Part shown: in pieces, positions 38,123 to 47,510 of the stretch
Position numbering within the stretch: position 1 is the stretch's first letter
Layout of the letters: each line of letters opens with the position of its first letter
Source of the DNA: Deltaproteobacteria bacterium
GTDB lineage: Bacteria > Desulfobacterota > Binatia > UBA9968
DNA length: 64,000 bases
Assembly (NCBI GenBank): GCA_016193465.1
Contig: JACPSE010000186.1
Location: forward strand, 6,593 to 70,592
Reading direction: 5' to 3'
The notes under the pieces: generated by a model
Database searches by the model: none
The model's input: only the letters and a program-made list of their open reading frames with translations
What the model was told of the DNA's origin: nothing
Position numbers and translations under genes: made by a program

Positions 38123-38307
38123 CTCCGTCCGTAATCCCAATCCAGTGTTGGTATTTGACTCTTGTGCTTCTCACTCCTCTATCAAGGCTCCAAAAAAGAC
38201 ACTTATCTGGATTTTTGCTTGTTGTCAAAGGCGTCAGAGCTCTTGACAAACCCAGGGCCATGATGAAAAGGATAGCAAAATCACAAAAATAGTTTTGAGG
38301 AGGCATC

Positions 38308-39225
38308 ATGGATAAAATCAAATTTCCTTACCGCTCGGATGGCCACTTGGCCTTTCTGCACGTTGTCCATGAATCGGGAAGCTGGGAGAAACACGGCCTT
38401 CAGGTGGACTATGACTTTTTCATAAGCGCCGACGACGCCCATCAGGCAGTGACTAAGGGAGAAGTAGAATTTGTCAGCGGCAATCACCTTTCCCCTTATG
38501 CAGCAAGACTCAAAGGAGATCCCTGGGTCTATGTGGGCCAAACCGTCAATCTGAATTACCACCGGCTGGTAGCGCAGCCAAACTCAGGCATTAACAAGAT
38601 CGGGGACCTCAAGGGAAAAGTTGTAGCCCACAAAGGGCAGCACCCGGGGCTCAACAATTGGCTTTTTCTTAGAGATAACGGGCTTGATCTGGACCGGGGT
38701 GATGTGGCGATGAAAAAATGGCGCAGCGAAGATAAAGGATCATGGGAAGGAGTCAGGATAGGAGAATTTGACGCGGCCCTGGTAACCCCGCCGGAGGATA
38801 TCCTGGCAAAGAGGGCCGGTCTGAAAGTTATTGAGATTCCTTTTCAGCCGATGATCTGGTTTACCACGATCTCCACCAGTTGGACCTTCGTCCAAAAACA
38901 CAGCGATATTGTGGAAAGAGTCTTAAAAGGAATCGCCGAGGGGACTCACTTTTACAAGACGCAGAAGGCAAAGACCATTGCCATCTTAGAAGAAAAATAC
39001 CGCTCGGAAGGCTGGGATCGAGAAATCGTAGAGCACGTTTATACTCAGATAGCGGCGATCTTGGAGAAAAAGCCCTATCCCGCGCTGGCCGCGATCCATA
39101 ATGTTTTTGAGCTGGCAAAGAGGCAGGACCCGGAGTCCGCTAAAGTCAACCCTTTGTCCCTCTGGGATATGCACTATCTCAGGCAGATAGACGACAGCGG
39201 CTTTATTGACAAGCTGTACGCTTAG
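38308..39225 (+). CDS. NMT1/THI5-like (SsuA/TauA-fold) substrate-binding domain protein without a signal peptide
   Basis: Periplasmic-binding-protein type 2 fold signature. No N-terminal hydrophobic segment. GAGGAGG SD. Confidence 0.55.
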   Translation: MDKIKFPYRSDGHLAFLHVVHESGSWEKHGLQVDYDFFISADDAHQAVTKGEVEFVSGNHLSPYAARLKGDPWVYVGQTVNLNYHRLVAQPNSGINKIGDLKGKVVAHKGQHPGLNNWLFLRDNGLDLDRGDVAMKKWRSEDKGSWEGVRIGEFDAALVTPPEDILAKRAGLKVIEIPFQPMIWFTTISTSWTFVQKHSDIVERVLKGIAEGTHFYKTQKAKTIAILEEKYRSEGWDREIVEHVYTQIAAILEKKPYPALAAIHNVFELAKRQDPESAKVNPLSLWDMHYLRQIDDSGFIDKLYA

Positions 39226-39274
39226 ACCAAGGACGAAGGTGGAAGGCGAAAGGATAAAATTTCATCCTTCATCC

Positions 39275-40465
39275 TTATCGGAGTCGGCGGGGAGCAGCAG
39301 GCTGGCTGCGCAGTTGGCTTTGGATGGACGCGGCCGTGCGCCGGAGATCGCCCATCCAGGAGATCAAGTCTGTCAGGCGTGCCCCATGCATCTCGCTAAG
39401 CTCCGACCAAGAGAGCCCGTTCTGGTAATCGCTCACGACACGGCGTAAGGAGCTCCTTCCAAAGGAAGAGAGGGCCCGTAAGGCGCCATACTCTCCGTAG
39501 CTCAGGCGTAGTTGCTGCCTCTCCCGGTAGACAACGTTAGGATCCATTCGTAGACCGTAACCCAAGGCTTCCACAACGGCCCGCTCACCGCGAGGATCCC
39601 CTGCGTCTCTATTGATCGCCTGGATTCTTTTAAGCAGCTCTCTTTCCGTTCTCGCCTTTGGAGAGTCGAGGCTTTGCAGCGGAGGCAAAAACTCTGCGGC
39701 TTTATCCTGGGGCTGATAAAATTTCATCGCTTCAGGGATCCACGATTTAAGCTGCTGTGTCCGGGTCTCGTAACCAGGATGAGTCGAGAGGTATTCGGGC
39801 GGCCCCCCGTGCTCTTTACGTTCCATTCGTTCCCAGACTTCCAGCGATACCCGGGGATCATAACCTGCTTTCGCCATCAGGATCAGACCCACGTGGTCCG
39901 CTTCCGATTCTTGCGAGCGGCTGAAAGGCAGGATGTATCCAAGTCCCGCGGTTATTCCATAAGCCTGCATCACCGTGTTAGCAAGCTGGGGATTGCTGCC
40001 TAAGCCGGCCGAAAGGAGTACTCCAAGGCCCTGAACGAGCTGACCCTGGCTCAGCCTCTCGCCGGCATGGCGCAGCAAGGCGTGAGCCACCTCATGGCCG
40101 AGCACAACGGCTAAACCTGCTTCATCCCGAGCGACAGGAAAGAGCCCAGTATAAACTGCCACTTTGCCTCCGGGAATAGCAAAGGCGTTGACCATTTCAG
40201 GGTCATTGATGACACGGAATTCCCACCGGTAATCAGGTTTATCCGCTGCCCGGGCGATCCGCTCCCCTACCTTGCGCACTATCCGAAGCGCTTCGAGATT
40301 ATTGGAGAGAACGCTGCTCCGCAGCTCATGGCGGTAAGCCTCCTCGCCCATACTTATTTCCTGGCCCTCGGAGACAAGCATGAGCTGGCTCCTTCCCGTA
40401 AAAGGCGCTGTGACGCAGGCGACGAGCCAGATAAAGAGAAGAGCTGGGAGCAAAGACGGACGCAT
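39275..40465 (-). CDS. M48-family zinc metallopeptidase, lipoprotein (BepA/LoiP-like)
   Basis: HEXXH as GHEVAHALLRH with a downstream E. Lipobox LVAC. C-terminal TPR-like helical region. Confidence 0.8.
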   Translation of the reverse strand: MRPSLLPALLFIWLVACVTAPFTGRSQLMLVSEGQEISMGEEAYRHELRSSVLSNNLEALRIVRKVGERIARAADKPDYRWEFRVINDPEMVNAFAIPGGKVAVYTGLFPVARDEAGLAVVLGHEVAHALLRHAGERLSQGQLVQGLGVLLSAGLGSNPQLANTVMQAYGITAGLGYILPFSRSQESEADHVGLILMAKAGYDPRVSLEVWERMERKEHGGPPEYLSTHPGYETRTQQLKSWIPEAMKFYQPQDKAAEFLPPLQSLDSPKARTERELLKRIQAINRDAGDPRGERAVVEALGYGLRMDPNVVYRERQQLRLSYGEYGALRALSSFGRSSLRRVVSDYQNGLSWSELSEMHGARLTDLISWMGDLRRTAASIQSQLRSQPAAPRRLR

Positions 40466-40612
40466 AATGATACCGACCTAAAGCGTATCTATTTCCTTAG
40501 ACGTTGGCAACAATCGGGTGTTCAAACCGTTCGAGTCGTTCAAAAGGTTAATCCGGTGAAAGAGCGATTTGCCTGAACGATTTGAAGGTTTCAAACTTTT
40601 TGAACAACTGAT

Positions 40613-42013
40613 TTAAAGTCCGAGTTTCCCCGGATTCATGATATTGTTTGGATCGAGCACCTGCTTAATCCGGCGCATAACCTCAATCCCATAACCGTGC
40701 TCTTCGGCCATGAGCGACGCCAGCTTCACGCCTACGCCGTGCGTGTACTCCATTGATCCCCCCATCTTTTGGACCAGACGGAGCAACTCATCCACGGTCT
40801 CTTCCAGGGCCAGTTGAGCATTGTTCGCGCCCTCATCTTCGATCCCCAAGCGCATGGAAAAAAGCTCCGGCTGAATCCAGAGGCCGCTCTCCTGAAGTTG
40901 AACTCTACGCCTCTTAATGATCTCTATTGCTGACTTTCTAAAAGGCAAGACCTTGGATGCCGGCAACGCCACGTGGATCCAATCCCAGTAAACCCCATCC
41001 ATGCCACGCTCTCTCCTTTGCCGCCGGTTCTGGATAAACCGGCGCGCAATGATGTGGCGGTTACGCCAAAACCTTTCCGCCTTCTCCTGCGGCAACCTCC
41101 TACCGCCGGCCTGATCACAGATGGACGATGCGAGTTTCTCCTGCGCCTCAACCACCTGCCTGTTCCCCTCAAAAGCCAGATAGAGAACCGCTCCGCCCTG
41201 AAACTCGTCATCGCCATCGCCAAAATCCACCAAAGCGGGCCTCAGGCCACGAGCGAAAATTGCCTGAATCGCTTTGTAGCCCTTTTCAAAAGACTCAAAG
41301 AGAACCGCATGGAGGGCGCGCTGTTCAGGCTGCGGAAATGTTCTGATCGTAGCCTCTGTGATGATTCCAAAACAGCCCTCGCCGCCGATAAGAAGAAATT
41401 TGAGATCGATTCCCGCGGAAGACTTCGGTACGGCCCGAGTGCGCAGAAGCTCGCCATTAGGCAAAACGGCTTCTAGGCCCATGACCTGCTCCCCCATCGA
41501 GCCGTAGATCCCAGCGCGATAACCCATGCTGTTGGTTGAGATCGCACCGCCGACGGTCGCCACAGGCAGAGTCCAGGGATCATGGCCGAGAATAAACCCT
41601 TTCTTGTTTAACTCCTTCTCCAGCGCCTCGAGCACGACCCCGGCTTGAGCCGTGGCGGTGCGCGCCTCGCTATCTATCTCCAGAACCTTATCCATTCTTC
41701 TCAGGTCCACGACGATTCCCGGCTTGATGCTCAGCGCCCCACCCATGAGCCCCGAGCCGCCCCCATAGGGCACGATGGGGACCTTCTCTTCGTTCGCCAG
41801 CAGGACGATCTCGCGCACCTCACGCGTCGAAACCGGCAACACGACGCACAGAGGAACAGCTACATCCGGCTTCCGTAACGGGTGGAGCCTGCCCTTACTC
41901 AGGGCGTCCCATGAGAGCATGTCCAGCTGTTCGGGGTCCGTAACGATCTGATCAGGGCCAAGAAAGCGCGAGAACCTGCCGAGAATCTTTTGATCGAAGC
42001 TCAAAGTAAACAC
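40613..42013 (-). CDS. FAD-binding oxidoreductase (FAD-linked oxidase, GlcD/D-lactate dehydrogenase-like)
   Basis: FAD_binding_4 N-terminal domain (PIVPYGGGSGL) and a C-terminal FAD-oxidase domain. Confidence 0.8.
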   Translation of the reverse strand: MFTLSFDQKILGRFSRFLGPDQIVTDPEQLDMLSWDALSKGRLHPLRKPDVAVPLCVVLPVSTREVREIVLLANEEKVPIVPYGGGSGLMGGALSIKPGIVVDLRRMDKVLEIDSEARTATAQAGVVLEALEKELNKKGFILGHDPWTLPVATVGGAISTNSMGYRAGIYGSMGEQVMGLEAVLPNGELLRTRAVPKSSAGIDLKFLLIGGEGCFGIITEATIRTFPQPEQRALHAVLFESFEKGYKAIQAIFARGLRPALVDFGDGDDEFQGGAVLYLAFEGNRQVVEAQEKLASSICDQAGGRRLPQEKAERFWRNRHIIARRFIQNRRQRRERGMDGVYWDWIHVALPASKVLPFRKSAIEIIKRRRVQLQESGLWIQPELFSMRLGIEDEGANNAQLALEETVDELLRLVQKMGGSMEYTHGVGVKLASLMAEEHGYGIEVMRRIKQVLDPNNIMNPGKLGL

Positions 42014-42081
42014 CTTTCAAGAAAAGAAATTTCGCTGGAAAAAAGCCTAAGCTGGGCTAAAATATAGCCCAAAGGCCGAAA

Positions 42082-42654
42082 ATGAGAAAGCCAGCAAAGA
42101 GCGCCCGGCTCGCTTTTTCCCTTCTTTTCCTCTTTCTCCTCGGATCGCAAGGCGCTTTCGCACAGGAGGAGTCCAGGGAGAAGAGGGCCGAGCAGCTTTA
42201 CAATACGGGGTACCTCCTTACCCTTTTAGGCCGCTACGAAGAAGCGATCCGGCTGTATGATAAGTCCCTCGAGACCCTCCCTACGGCAGAGGCTTACACT
42301 TACAAGGGCTGGACTTACGGCCACATGGGAGAGATCAAGCACGCCATCGAAGAGGCGGAGAAGGCGATCCGCCTCGATCCCGAATTCGGCAATCCCTACA
42401 ACGATATTGGGGTTTATCTGATCGAGCTTGGACGAGAGGAGGAGGCGATCCCCTATCTTGAGAAGGCCAAAAAGGCCAAGCGCTACTGCTGCTACCAGTT
42501 TCCCTATTTCAACTTGGGAAGGATCTATGTGAAAAAGAAGATGTACGAAAAGGCGCGAGAAGAGTTCAAAAAATCCCTCGAGATCGATCCGACCTACGCC
42601 CCGGCCCTCGAGGGCTTAGAACTATTGAAACAAACCGGCATGGAGGAGACGTAG
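42082..42654 (+). CDS. secreted TPR-repeat protein
   Basis: Signal peptide followed by ~4 TPR motifs. Confidence 0.7.
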   Translation: MRKPAKSARLAFSLLFLFLLGSQGAFAQEESREKRAEQLYNTGYLLTLLGRYEEAIRLYDKSLETLPTAEAYTYKGWTYGHMGEIKHAIEEAEKAIRLDPEFGNPYNDIGVYLIELGREEEAIPYLEKAKKAKRYCCYQFPYFNLGRIYVKKKMYEKAREEFKKSLEIDPTYAPALEGLELLKQTGMEET

Positions 42655-42675
42655 CCCTTAGGGATAGAGCTCGTT

Positions 42676-43581
42676 ATGCGCGGAACAACACCGAGACGTG
42701 AGCAGGGAATGGCCGACCCCGCGCTGGCCTCGATGGTCCGTGCAATGGGGTTGGAGAACGCGCGCCACTACACGGCCGCGACGCCCAAAATAAAGGCATA
42801 CCGCGATCGTTGGGCGGAGCTGGCGAAATATCGCGACGGTCCGGTCAACCCACGGCGGGTCGAAGTAACGGCTCCGGCGGAGATGGCAACGCAGATCAAA
42901 GCCAAGGCCTTCGAACTTGGAGCCGATATGGTGGGCATCTGCCGGTTAAAACCTCATATGATCGACCTCGGAGAAGATCTACCCCACGAGTACGTCATCG
43001 CCGCCTGCGTGGCGGAGGATTACGAGAAGGTGCTTCTCGGCGCCAACGCGGTGGAGGAAGAAGCGATGCGGGTCTACGCCACCTGCTCGGACATCGCCAC
43101 CGAGCTAGCAGCCCACATTCGCGACCTCGGCTACCCGGCGCTGGCTCATCACAACGGTGGCAGCGCCGTCCAGGCCATTCCGATTTTTTACCAGGTGGGC
43201 TTCGGGGAACTCGGGCGCCACGGCAGCCTGATCCACGAAAGATACGGCGCCAGTTTTCGCCCCGGCTTCGTCACCACGGATCTGCCCCTCGCCGAGGACC
43301 AGCCCCGCGAGTTCGGTGTCCAGGACTTCTGCATGCACTGCAACGCTTGCATGCGCAACTGCCCCGGCGACGCCATCCCAAAAGACCCCGTCATCACGGA
43401 CGGCATCAAGCGCTGGCTCATCGACCTGGAGAAATGCTACCCCTATTCGCGCCTGCGCGATGAATACTGCCACCTATGCGTCGACGTCTGCCCGTACAAC
43501 GTGAGGTCCCACCCGAAGACTTACAAGAGCTTTATGAAGCAGCGAAAGCAGTCCGGCTACAAAACGCCGAAATCCTGGTAA
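42676..43581 (+). CDS. 4Fe-4S dicluster iron-sulfur protein (reductive-dehalogenase/QueG-like C-terminal ferredoxin motifs)
   Basis: CMHCNACMRNCP and C..C..VCPY motifs. The start is possibly at M12. Confidence 0.55.
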   Translation: MRGTTPRREQGMADPALASMVRAMGLENARHYTAATPKIKAYRDRWAELAKYRDGPVNPRRVEVTAPAEMATQIKAKAFELGADMVGICRLKPHMIDLGEDLPHEYVIAACVAEDYEKVLLGANAVEEEAMRVYATCSDIATELAAHIRDLGYPALAHHNGGSAVQAIPIFYQVGFGELGRHGSLIHERYGASFRPGFVTTDLPLAEDQPREFGVQDFCMHCNACMRNCPGDAIPKDPVITDGIKRWLIDLEKCYPYSRLRDEYCHLCVDVCPYNVRSHPKTYKSFMKQRKQSGYKTPKSW

Positions 43582-43588
43582 CGATACG

Positions 43589-43789
43589 GTGGAAAAAATT
43601 TACGTCAACGAAATTCGCCCGAATGGCGAAGTCAGCACCGTGGGCCTCTTTTACTCTCGCGGGGAAGCGGAAGCGGTCGTGAAAAAGCTCCAGGATCTCC
43701 CGGAAAAGAGAGGGTGCAAATACGAAATCACCGCGACCGCGCCTGCGGCCCCAACAGCTCCGAGAGGATATAAATTTCCCCGGCAGTGA
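43589..43789 (+). CDS. hypothetical small protein (66 aa)
   Basis: Short ORF with a GTG start. No family recognised. Lies at the island edge. Confidence 0.25.
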   Translation: MEKIYVNEIRPNGEVSTVGLFYSRGEAEAVVKKLQDLPEKRGCKYEITATAPAAPTAPRGYKFPRQ

Positions 43790-43796
43790 AAAACGA

Positions 43797-43991
43797 GTGG
43801 CCACCGAAGGAGACGTTGAGGGCACCGCCCGCACGGGACGCAATCTGGGTTATTACATGGTCGTGTTAAAGGACTGTGCTGGCTCCAAAAATCCCGATCT
43901 GCACGACCTCGCTTTAAAATTAATGGAAAAGAGCCATTTCGATGTGGCGACCTCCAAAGAGGTCGCAGATATCTGGCAGCAGAAGGGTTAG
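43797..43991 (+). CDS. hypothetical small protein (64 aa)
   Basis: Short ORF immediately before the IS. No family recognised. Confidence 0.25.
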   Translation: MATEGDVEGTARTGRNLGYYMVVLKDCAGSKNPDLHDLALKLMEKSHFDVATSKEVADIWQQKG

Positions 43992-43994
43992 CCC

Positions 43995-45460
43995 TAATCC
44001 GACAATAATTTACCCATTCAGGCAGCCATTTTGAGCTTTTGGTCGATCATTCGAATCAGCGCTTGGGCAGGTTTAGCCACCGAAAAACGTAGAACGGAAT
44101 AGCCTTGAGGTCGTAGGAGCCGAGCCGGTTGATGGATTAGCTTGAAGCGAAGGGTCTTCAGACTCTGCAGGAGAAAACGGAAGGTCCTTTTACGCGACCT
44201 GGGCTTTTGGGTAGCTGTGGTCTGAATCTGAAAGCTCCTCAGGAGGTTATGTCCCAACACGGAGATTTGCTGCCAAGCCGAGTTGGCGCCGTAGTGATGG
44301 GTGGGCACGACATCGAAAGCCCATTCCCCCTTGAGCTCGGCGAAGGTCTTCTCCTGCGCTCCCCGTCCAGCCATGAAGTCCCACAAAGCGGCGGCAGAAA
44401 GATCCCTGTTGGTGGTCGCAGCCGAGTACTCAAAGTAGCCGTCATCGGGGTCAAACAGATCAAGCTGGTAGTTCTTCCTGCTTTTATGATGCACGGGTTT
44501 TCGGTAGATGACCACTCGCAAGATCTTTTCCCAAGCGGGAACCGTCAGAGACAGCTCGAAGAAGCCCATCCCTTCTGGGAGAGGATGCCAGCGGCTGCGC
44601 TCTCGGATCAAAGGCACCAGACCCAACCACTTGAAGAAGGGGACCTTGATCGCATAAGAAGCTCCTCTTCTCTCCAACAGACCGATCACCTCCCTCTGGA
44701 AGAAAGCCCCGTCCATGCGAAATTCCAAAGGCAAATGTCTTCCCAGGCGGATTCTCAAATCTTCGATCAGATCACGCAGGAAGGCCACCGCGCCTTTGGA
44801 GTCATGGACATTGCCGGGCCGATTCTTGACTCTCAGGATGTGTCCGGTCTGAGCCAGATGGGCGAGGATGGGATAGTAGGAGGAATCTTTGCGATGATGG
44901 GGATTGAACCCCCGAAAGGCCCAAGAGACACTGGCGCCTGTGGTGATGACGCTGCCGTCGATATCCAGGGTCAAACGAGCAAGCCCCTCTTTTTCAATGG
45001 CCTCACAAACCATTTGACTGTTAATCTCGACCAGGGCCTGAAGCGACTTAAGCGTGAAGCGCTTGAGCCAGCGGGCAACACTGCGATCCCGGGGCAGACG
45101 CATCAGACCGCAGAACCGCTTCACCAGAGGATCTTCACAGACATAGCCCAGATGTTCCAGCCTTCGGCCACCTACAAGAACAAGGACCAAGATCACCAAA
45201 ATCATGTCGATCGCCCGGTAGTCTCCTCCCAGACCATGAGCGGCAAACACCGACTGGACACGGCGATGAAGCTCGATGATCCGAAAGTATCGCCGGATCA
45301 ACTCCAGCCCTCCATAAGCTGTGATATCCTGGGAAGCAAATTCGATCTTGAGAAAGCTCTTGCACGGAGAGTAAAAATCGGCTCTACTGAGTCTCACTTG
45401 GAGTGGCCTCCTTGTAGGGTGATTGGGTCGGTGTTGCAACTGCTTTATCTCCTATAATGG
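43995..45460 (-). mobile_element. IS1380-family insertion sequence (approximate ends)
   Basis: Contains the 473-aa IS1380-like DDE transposase. Exact IRs not resolved. A ~30-bp segment matching the transposase 3' end recurs immediately upstream at 45455-45485. Confidence 0.6.
44018..45439 (-). CDS. IS1380-family DDE transposase
   Basis: ITAYGGLELIRRYF...DIDGSVITTGAS...RGFNPHHRKDSSYYPILAHLAQTGHILRVKNRPGNVHDSKG; ~470 aa. Confidence 0.75.
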   Translation of the reverse strand: MQHRPNHPTRRPLQVRLSRADFYSPCKSFLKIEFASQDITAYGGLELIRRYFRIIELHRRVQSVFAAHGLGGDYRAIDMILVILVLVLVGGRRLEHLGYVCEDPLVKRFCGLMRLPRDRSVARWLKRFTLKSLQALVEINSQMVCEAIEKEGLARLTLDIDGSVITTGASVSWAFRGFNPHHRKDSSYYPILAHLAQTGHILRVKNRPGNVHDSKGAVAFLRDLIEDLRIRLGRHLPLEFRMDGAFFQREVIGLLERRGASYAIKVPFFKWLGLVPLIRERSRWHPLPEGMGFFELSLTVPAWEKILRVVIYRKPVHHKSRKNYQLDLFDPDDGYFEYSAATTNRDLSAAALWDFMAGRGAQEKTFAELKGEWAFDVVPTHHYGANSAWQQISVLGHNLLRSFQIQTTATQKPRSRKRTFRFLLQSLKTLRFKLIHQPARLLRPQGYSVLRFSVAKPAQALIRMIDQKLKMAA

Positions 45461-45606
45461 CAGGCCATTTCAAGTTTTAAGGTCATCTGTAAAGAAAGTG
45501 GTGACGTGCTAAATTTCCTGTAAAAGTGAAGAGGCGTTGAGTATCCTCTCGGGTGAAACAAACCAAAGAGGCTCCGTGATAGCGGAGCCGGGAGGAGGTC
45601 AACGCC

Positions 45607-45885
45607 ATGAAGAGAATACCACCGAGTGTACAGATGAAGGAAGAGGTCACAGCGCTGCTTCGAGGGGAGCCGCCAGCAGGCGATGGTGGCCAGGGACCGA
45701 TGGAGGGTTTTGTGCGGGGCACGGCGCGCTACATGCTGCAAGTGGCTATTGAGGCGGAAGCCACCGCGTTTTTGGGCCGGGGGCACTACCGCCGAGGGGA
45801 TCGCATGCGCCTGGGCTGGCGCAACGGCTATGAGCCCAAAGGCTTGCAGACGGATGGGAGCGGGGGGGCGCATCTTTACCTTTGA
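45607..45885 (+). pseudogene. IS256-family (mutator-type) transposase, N-terminal ~90-aa fragment
   Basis: EEVTALLRGEP...MLQVAIEAEATAFLGRGHYRRGDRMRLGWRNGYEPKGLQTDGSG matches the IS256 Tnp N-terminus (FLGR..YER...GYRNGY). Truncated. A GGAGGAGG SD and an upstream hairpin are present. Confidence 0.6.
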
Positions 45886-45956
45886 CATTCGCTAAGGTGC
45901 CAATGAGAGAAAGCGTCAATGTCACAGTGAAAGATTTGACCCTCAAACCCTAGTTT

Positions 45957-46883
45957 TCAAGGATACTTAGTCTTTGCCTCAAGCGGAGTCAAAATTTCTC
46001 TCACGGAATGATCATCAGCGATAACAGTCACTTGTTGCGTATGAGTACTGTCATGAGCCAAATTTTTAATTTGGATCGCAGGATGTACAGACCTCCAGAA
46101 ATAATGGACGAATTCTTTGATCTGCTCACTGCTCATTCCTTTTCCTTGTGCCCGCAATATCTCTTCGGCTTGATCCCTCCATTTAAGTGAAACCTGATAG
46201 TGCGGCACGAACAAAACGTTCATAAATTCAATCATATCCCACAAAGGCTCATAATCAGAAAGTTTTTCATTGATATCCTTGGCAAACTGGATATGCTCCG
46301 GTGTGTCCAAAGCCGGTAAGCCAACTTCAAATATAGACTTATCTAAAACTCTCCTTGCCCCAAGCATCCAACCGTCATAAAAAATAAAATCAGGCTTTTT
46401 TGTAATAACCTTCCAACCTACTCTGTCTCCATCTCCATGCTCTGCTCCCTTATCGTATATTGGCACCTCAACTTCCATGCCGTCTTTCATAGTTCTTAGA
46501 TCAGTCAAGTTTTTCATTGCCAGAGGTATGTCATGGGTTACCCCCCTTCTTATAAACCTTGGGCCTTTTTCTCTTAATTTATTAAGTTCTTCGTGTGTAA
46601 CGTAATGGTCATCAATTGAGAGAGAAACACAAGTGTAACCTGAAAATTTAAGTAAGATTTCTAAAACCTCTCCTTGAGTTGTTTTGCCTGCGCCTTGGAT
46701 CGCTGAAATTCCAACAATCAAACCATCCAAATTTTTCTTCTGCTTTTTTTTATCAATTAATTTTTGTATGTATGGAAGGTAGTAATTCCTCAGGTCTTGT
46801 TTTAAATTGTCTTTTGATATTTCAGGACGCTTTTCAAATATTGGATTAAATATTGTTATATTTTTCTCTATATCAAAATTCAT
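45957..46883 (-). CDS. P-loop kinase of the D-glycerate 3-kinase (plant GLYK / yeast Tda10) family
   Basis: LIVGISAIQGAGKTTQ...SLSIDDHYVTHEE...YDKGAEHGDGDR...FYDGWMLG...SSEQIKEFVHYFWRSVHP parallels the GLYK family. The gene lies in a markedly AT-rich segment. Confidence 0.65.
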   Translation of the reverse strand: MNFDIEKNITIFNPIFEKRPEISKDNLKQDLRNYYLPYIQKLIDKKKQKKNLDGLIVGISAIQGAGKTTQGEVLEILLKFSGYTCVSLSIDDHYVTHEELNKLREKGPRFIRRGVTHDIPLAMKNLTDLRTMKDGMEVEVPIYDKGAEHGDGDRVGWKVITKKPDFIFYDGWMLGARRVLDKSIFEVGLPALDTPEHIQFAKDINEKLSDYEPLWDMIEFMNVLFVPHYQVSLKWRDQAEEILRAQGKGMSSEQIKEFVHYFWRSVHPAIQIKNLAHDSTHTQQVTVIADDHSVREILTPLEAKTKYP

Positions 46884-47003
46884 GATACATTAGATTGTAA
46901 CGCAACGGATTACCTATTCAATAACCCTCTGTTTTCAACAAACCTAATAACAGGTTTCGTCCTTGCCCTCGTGCCTGAGCAAAGGCTACCTTCCGAGAAA
47001 ACT

Positions 47004-47060
47004 CTAAAGAGAAAGATTGGTTGGATTAGCCAGAGGCGGACAGAGGGGACATTGGGAAGC
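47004..47060. repeat. 55-bp direct repeat R1a
   Basis: tctaaagagaaagattggttggattagccagaggcggacagaggggacattgggaagc; partner at 47967-48022. Confidence 0.6.
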
Positions 47061-47064
47061 TCGA

Positions 47065-47310
47065 CTACGCGGCCGCGAAATCGGGTGTGTCATGGAGAAC
47101 CATCAATTGATCGGGCCGAAGGAGTAAGATGGCAAACGCGCGGCCGGAGCGGTCGGCGAACTCAACCTCGCACGCGCCATCCTGGTAGGTCATCACAACA
47201 GTGCCGATCTGGCCACGGCGCAGAAGCAAAGTCTGACCGCCCTCGAAGTGCTTCGTTCGCACATCTTGCAGCAAGGCAACCACGTCATGCATTTTGAGTT
47301 CGGCGACCAT
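47065..47310 (-). CDS. DUF4926-like small protein
   Basis: 81 aa, MHDVVALLQDV...VEFAD motif pattern. Confidence 0.45.
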   Translation of the reverse strand: MVAELKMHDVVALLQDVRTKHFEGGQTLLLRRGQIGTVVMTYQDGACEVEFADRSGRAFAILLLRPDQLMVLHDTPDFAAA

Positions 47311-47360
47311 GGTCTAGAGTAAATAGCAAGTTAAAGAGCCAGGAGTCGATTACTCTTACT

Positions 47361-47510
47361 CAGTCCAGCACCCAAATTCCGCGTTCTCGAATCGCATCAT
47401 ACATCGCATCCGGAGCGAGGTCGGCGCCATTCGGCCACTGAATCGCGCCCAGCACGACTCGGACTTGAGCGAGGTCACACGCCAGGGAACGGCATGCCGT
47501 ATCGCCGGCT
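47361..47510 (-). pseudogene. DUF2442-like C-terminal remnant (no start codon), the expected partner of DUF4160
   Basis: The frame reads ...VRVVLGAIQWPNGADLAPDAMYDAIRERGIW*, resembling the DUF2442 C-terminus. No ATG, and the upstream frame is closed by TGA. Confidence 0.35.

Noticed and set aside
42037-42053. Perfect hairpin GGGCTAaaataTAGCCC as a terminator
   Set aside because: It lies between divergently transcribed genes (FAD oxidase on the minus strand, TPR on the plus strand), so nothing terminates there, and there is no U-tract on either strand.
44207-45457. 416-aa plus-strand ORF
   Set aside because: Antisense to the IS1380-family transposase, which has clear family motifs; no motifs of its own.
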